Assembly (NCBI RefSeq): GCF_009914755.1
Contig: NC_060943.1
Direction: 5' to 3' (one strand)
Length of the DNA stretch: 64,000 bases
Origin: the human T2T-CHM13v2.0 reference genome, Homo sapiens
Part shown: positions 61,496 through 64,000 of the stretch, piece after piece
Numbering within the stretch: the first letter of the stretch is position 1
Layout: every line of letters starts with the position of its first letter
Program-made: the position numbers and the translations under genes
The notes under the pieces: generated by a model
Databases searched by the model: none
What the model saw: the letters and a program-made list of their open reading frames with translations, nothing else
What the model was told of the DNA's origin: nothing

Positions 61496-62103
61496 GTGCG
61501 GCGGTGGGCGGGGTGGCGCGGCGGTAGGCGGGGCCCTGCGCCAGTGGGCAAATCAGAGTGCAGATATTATGGGCGGGGTCTGGGGTAATGGGAGGAGTCT
61601 TATGCCTCCTGGGTTGGGGGGCGCGGGTTCTGGTTCAGGAGGCGGGGCCAGAAGCTGGAGGTGTTGGTGGGTGGAGTCAGGAGGCTCAGAGCCTGAGCAC
61701 AAGGGCGGTGGGGTGCGACAGTGGAAGGTGGCATGGCCTGTGGGCAGGGCCAGATCAGCAGGTGGGTGGGGCCTAGAAGGACGAGGTCTAGGTTCTGGGT
61801 GGAGCCCAAATGGGAAGTGGGAGGAGTCAGAGCCTGGGATGGACTAAAGGCGGGGTTTAGACAGTGGGTGGGGTCATATCTTAGGAGGCGGGGCTTAGGG
61901 AGCTGGCAGGGCTGGATCAGGGAGAAGGCAGAGTCAGAGCCCAGGGCGAAGTCATCCCAGGAAGAGGTAGGGTCAGGGCCTGGGGCGGGGTTATCAGGAA
62001 GAGGCGGGGTCAGAGCCCAGGGTGGGGTCATCCCAGGGAGAGGCGGGGTCAGAGCCGGGGGCGGGGTCAGCTCCAGCACTTGCCCTCGTGTGGTCCTGAG
62101 CAG

Positions 62104-62181
62104 ATCCGCGCCTCGCGCCTGGAGCAGATTGACAAGGAGCTGCTGGAGGCGCAGGACCGAGTGCAGCAGACGGAGCCCCAG
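62104..62181 (+). CDS. APC2: APC2 exon 7
   Basis: IRASRLEQIDKELLEAQDRVQQTEPQ; 78 nt. Confidence 0.94.
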
Positions 62182-62333
62182 GTACCGGGTGGGGCAGAGC
62201 CAGGGACCAGGGGTGGTGTCGGCCCAGGCAGAACGGGGCTCCTCGAGTTCTGCCCGCCCCCGCCCACATCATCACGGGTGAGCAGACTGGGTGCTCTGGG
62301 ACTGTACCCCCGACCCTGGTGCTCTCCCTGCAG

Positions 62334-62432
62334 GCCTTGCTGGCGGTGAAGTCGGTGCCGGTGGACGAGGACCCCGAGACAGAGGTCCCCACACACCCTG
62401 AGGATGGCACCCCTCAGCCGGGCAACAGCAAG
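62334..62432 (+). CDS. APC2: APC2 exon 8
   Basis: ALLAVKSVPVDEDPETEVPTHPEDGTPQPGNSK; 99 nt. Confidence 0.93.
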
Positions 62433-62880
62433 GTGAGGGGGAGGGTGAAACGGGGGCTGGCGCAGCTGTCTGGGCTGGAAGGGGGATCAGGTCTGCATCC
62501 TCGCCAGTGGTGGTGCCCTCCCATGCCTCCATCCAGCACCCCCTCGGGTGTAGGAAGGCCCCTCTGGCGTGCGGCTCATGCAGAAGCTGCGGGCCTGGCG
62601 AGGTGGATGGGGAAATACGTCCCCTAGCGGGGGCTAAGTGGGGCACCATAGACGTCCCCGTGGAGTCCCTTGGCTGTGCGCTGCCACCCTAGGAATGCCA
62701 GGTGAGGGGGGCCAGCCTCCCCGAAGCACGTGTGCAGCCTCCTAGCGTCCCCTCATCTTTCCCCCAGGTGGGCGTGGGGCTGCCCTTGGGGACGGGGCAG
62801 GGGTCACAGGGCTCCGACCGGGTTTCCAGGTGTGCGGGGGGCAGGTGAGGGACCCCACCCTGACCCTGCCCTCCCCCCAG

Positions 62881-63271
62881 GTGGAGGTGGTCTTCTGGCT
62901 GTTGTCCATGTTGGCGACGCGCGACCAGGAGGATACAGCGCGCACGCTGCTGGCCATGTCCAGCTCGCCCGAGAGCTGCGTGGCCATGCGCCGCTCGGGC
63001 TGTCTGCCTCTGCTGCTGCAAATCCTCCACGGCACCGAGGCCGCGGCCGGGGGTCGCGCCGGGGCCCCAGGGGCACCGGGCGCCAAGGACGCACGCATGC
63101 GCGCCAACGCGGCGCTGCACAACATCGTCTTCTCGCAGCCGGACCAGGGCCTGGCGCGCAAGGAGATGCGCGTCCTGCACGTGCTGGAGCAGATCCGGGC
63201 CTACTGCGAGACCTGCTGGGACTGGCTGCAGGCCCGAGACGGCGGGCCCGAGGGAGGTGGCGCCGGCAGCG
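62881..63271 (+). CDS. APC2: APC2 exon 9 (pre-Armadillo region); gene continues beyond the window
   Basis: VEVVFWLLSMLATRDQEDTARTLLAMSSSPESCVAMRRSGCLPLLLQILH...RAYCETCWDWLQARDGGPEGGGAGS; 391 nt, GTGAGT donor. Confidence 0.97.
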
Positions 63272-63577
63272 GTGAGTGCCTGGCCTGGTGGGCCCCCTCC
63301 GCGCAATTAACGTGCAGCTAGGGCTTCCCGGGGGATGGGCGACTAGGACCTCCAGCCTTTGCTGCCTGCCTTCTGGCGTTGGAGGCTGCAGTACCAGGTT
63401 CCGGCCGAGGCCTGTGGGGGCATTTGACGTTGGGAAAAGACCCGCCCATGATCGTACCTGGCGCAGAGTAAACGCTCGGGAAGTCGCTGAATGCATGGAT
63501 GGATCGCGGGTAACTCTGGAAAGTTGGGTGCAGACTTTGAGATTCTTTTTTTGCAGTTGATCGCAAAGTTAATATGG

Positions 63578-63735
63578 GGTCCGGGCGCTGTGACTCACAC
63601 CTGTGATCCCAGCACTTTGGAAGGCAGAAGCAGGAGAATTGCTTGAGCCCAGGAATTTGGGGCTGCAGTGAGCTGAGATCATGCTACTGCACTCCAGTCT
63701 GGACAACAGAGCGAGACCCTGTCTCGTCAGTTTTA
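63578..63735 (+). mobile_element. Old Alu monomer (FRAM/FAM-like)
   Basis: Single Alu arm. Confidence 0.75.
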
Positions 63736-64000
63736 TTTTTAAAAAGGGCAGAAGCACAGCTGAAAGGTGTGGTGCTCCAGGAACTACCTCGCCTCCCTTC
63801 CCAAGGCTGAGTGAGAGAGGCCACCCCATCATCCCATCTTAGAGAGGCTGGGAAAGGAAGTCCCAACTTTGCAGCCATTTGCAAAGCTCCCGGGATCCTT
63901 CAGACCTGGGGCGGGCGGGTTGCGGGGGGGGGGGGGGACCTTCGGGAGTCACCTGGGACATTTCCTGGGAATGGGGGCTCTGATCTGGTCCCTGTGCCCA

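Overview
Human (primate) genomic DNA, GC-rich and Alu-dense. From the encoded peptides I recognise it as the 19p13.3 gene cluster. In order it holds: the last exon of NDUFS7 (+); complete GAMT (-, 6 exons, 236 aa); complete DAZAP1 (+, 12 coding exons, 407 aa, plus an alternative penultimate exon giving 378 aa); complete RPS15 (+, 4 exons, 145 aa); and the promoters and first 8 coding exons of APC2 (+). I read exon boundaries by hand from GT-AG sites, and the reading phases add up. Most ORFs in the six-frame track are GC-, repeat- or Alu-driven artefacts. The most interesting signals not explained by canonical genes are these. (1) AT-rich islands in DAZAP1 introns 6-7 carry a textbook poison exon (34239-34326), further cryptic or micro-exons aimed at the RRM2 RNP1 motif, and UAG-rich clusters, suggesting an autoregulatory splicing/NMD circuit. 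(2) An upstream APC2 exon adds an in-frame hydrophobic Gly2 N-terminal extension and lies next to a near-perfect REST/RE1 site. (3) A (GCC)14 5'UTR repeat in DAZAP1 has an ATG-initiated antisense poly-Gly frame. (4) Several transposon oddities: a solo LTR2B with TSD, a tiny retroposed poly(A)/TSD fragment, a VNTR born from an L1 relic, and an Alu-derived GAMT C-terminus. I found no tRNA, rRNA or CRISPR features. No database was consulted, so novelty claims are untested.
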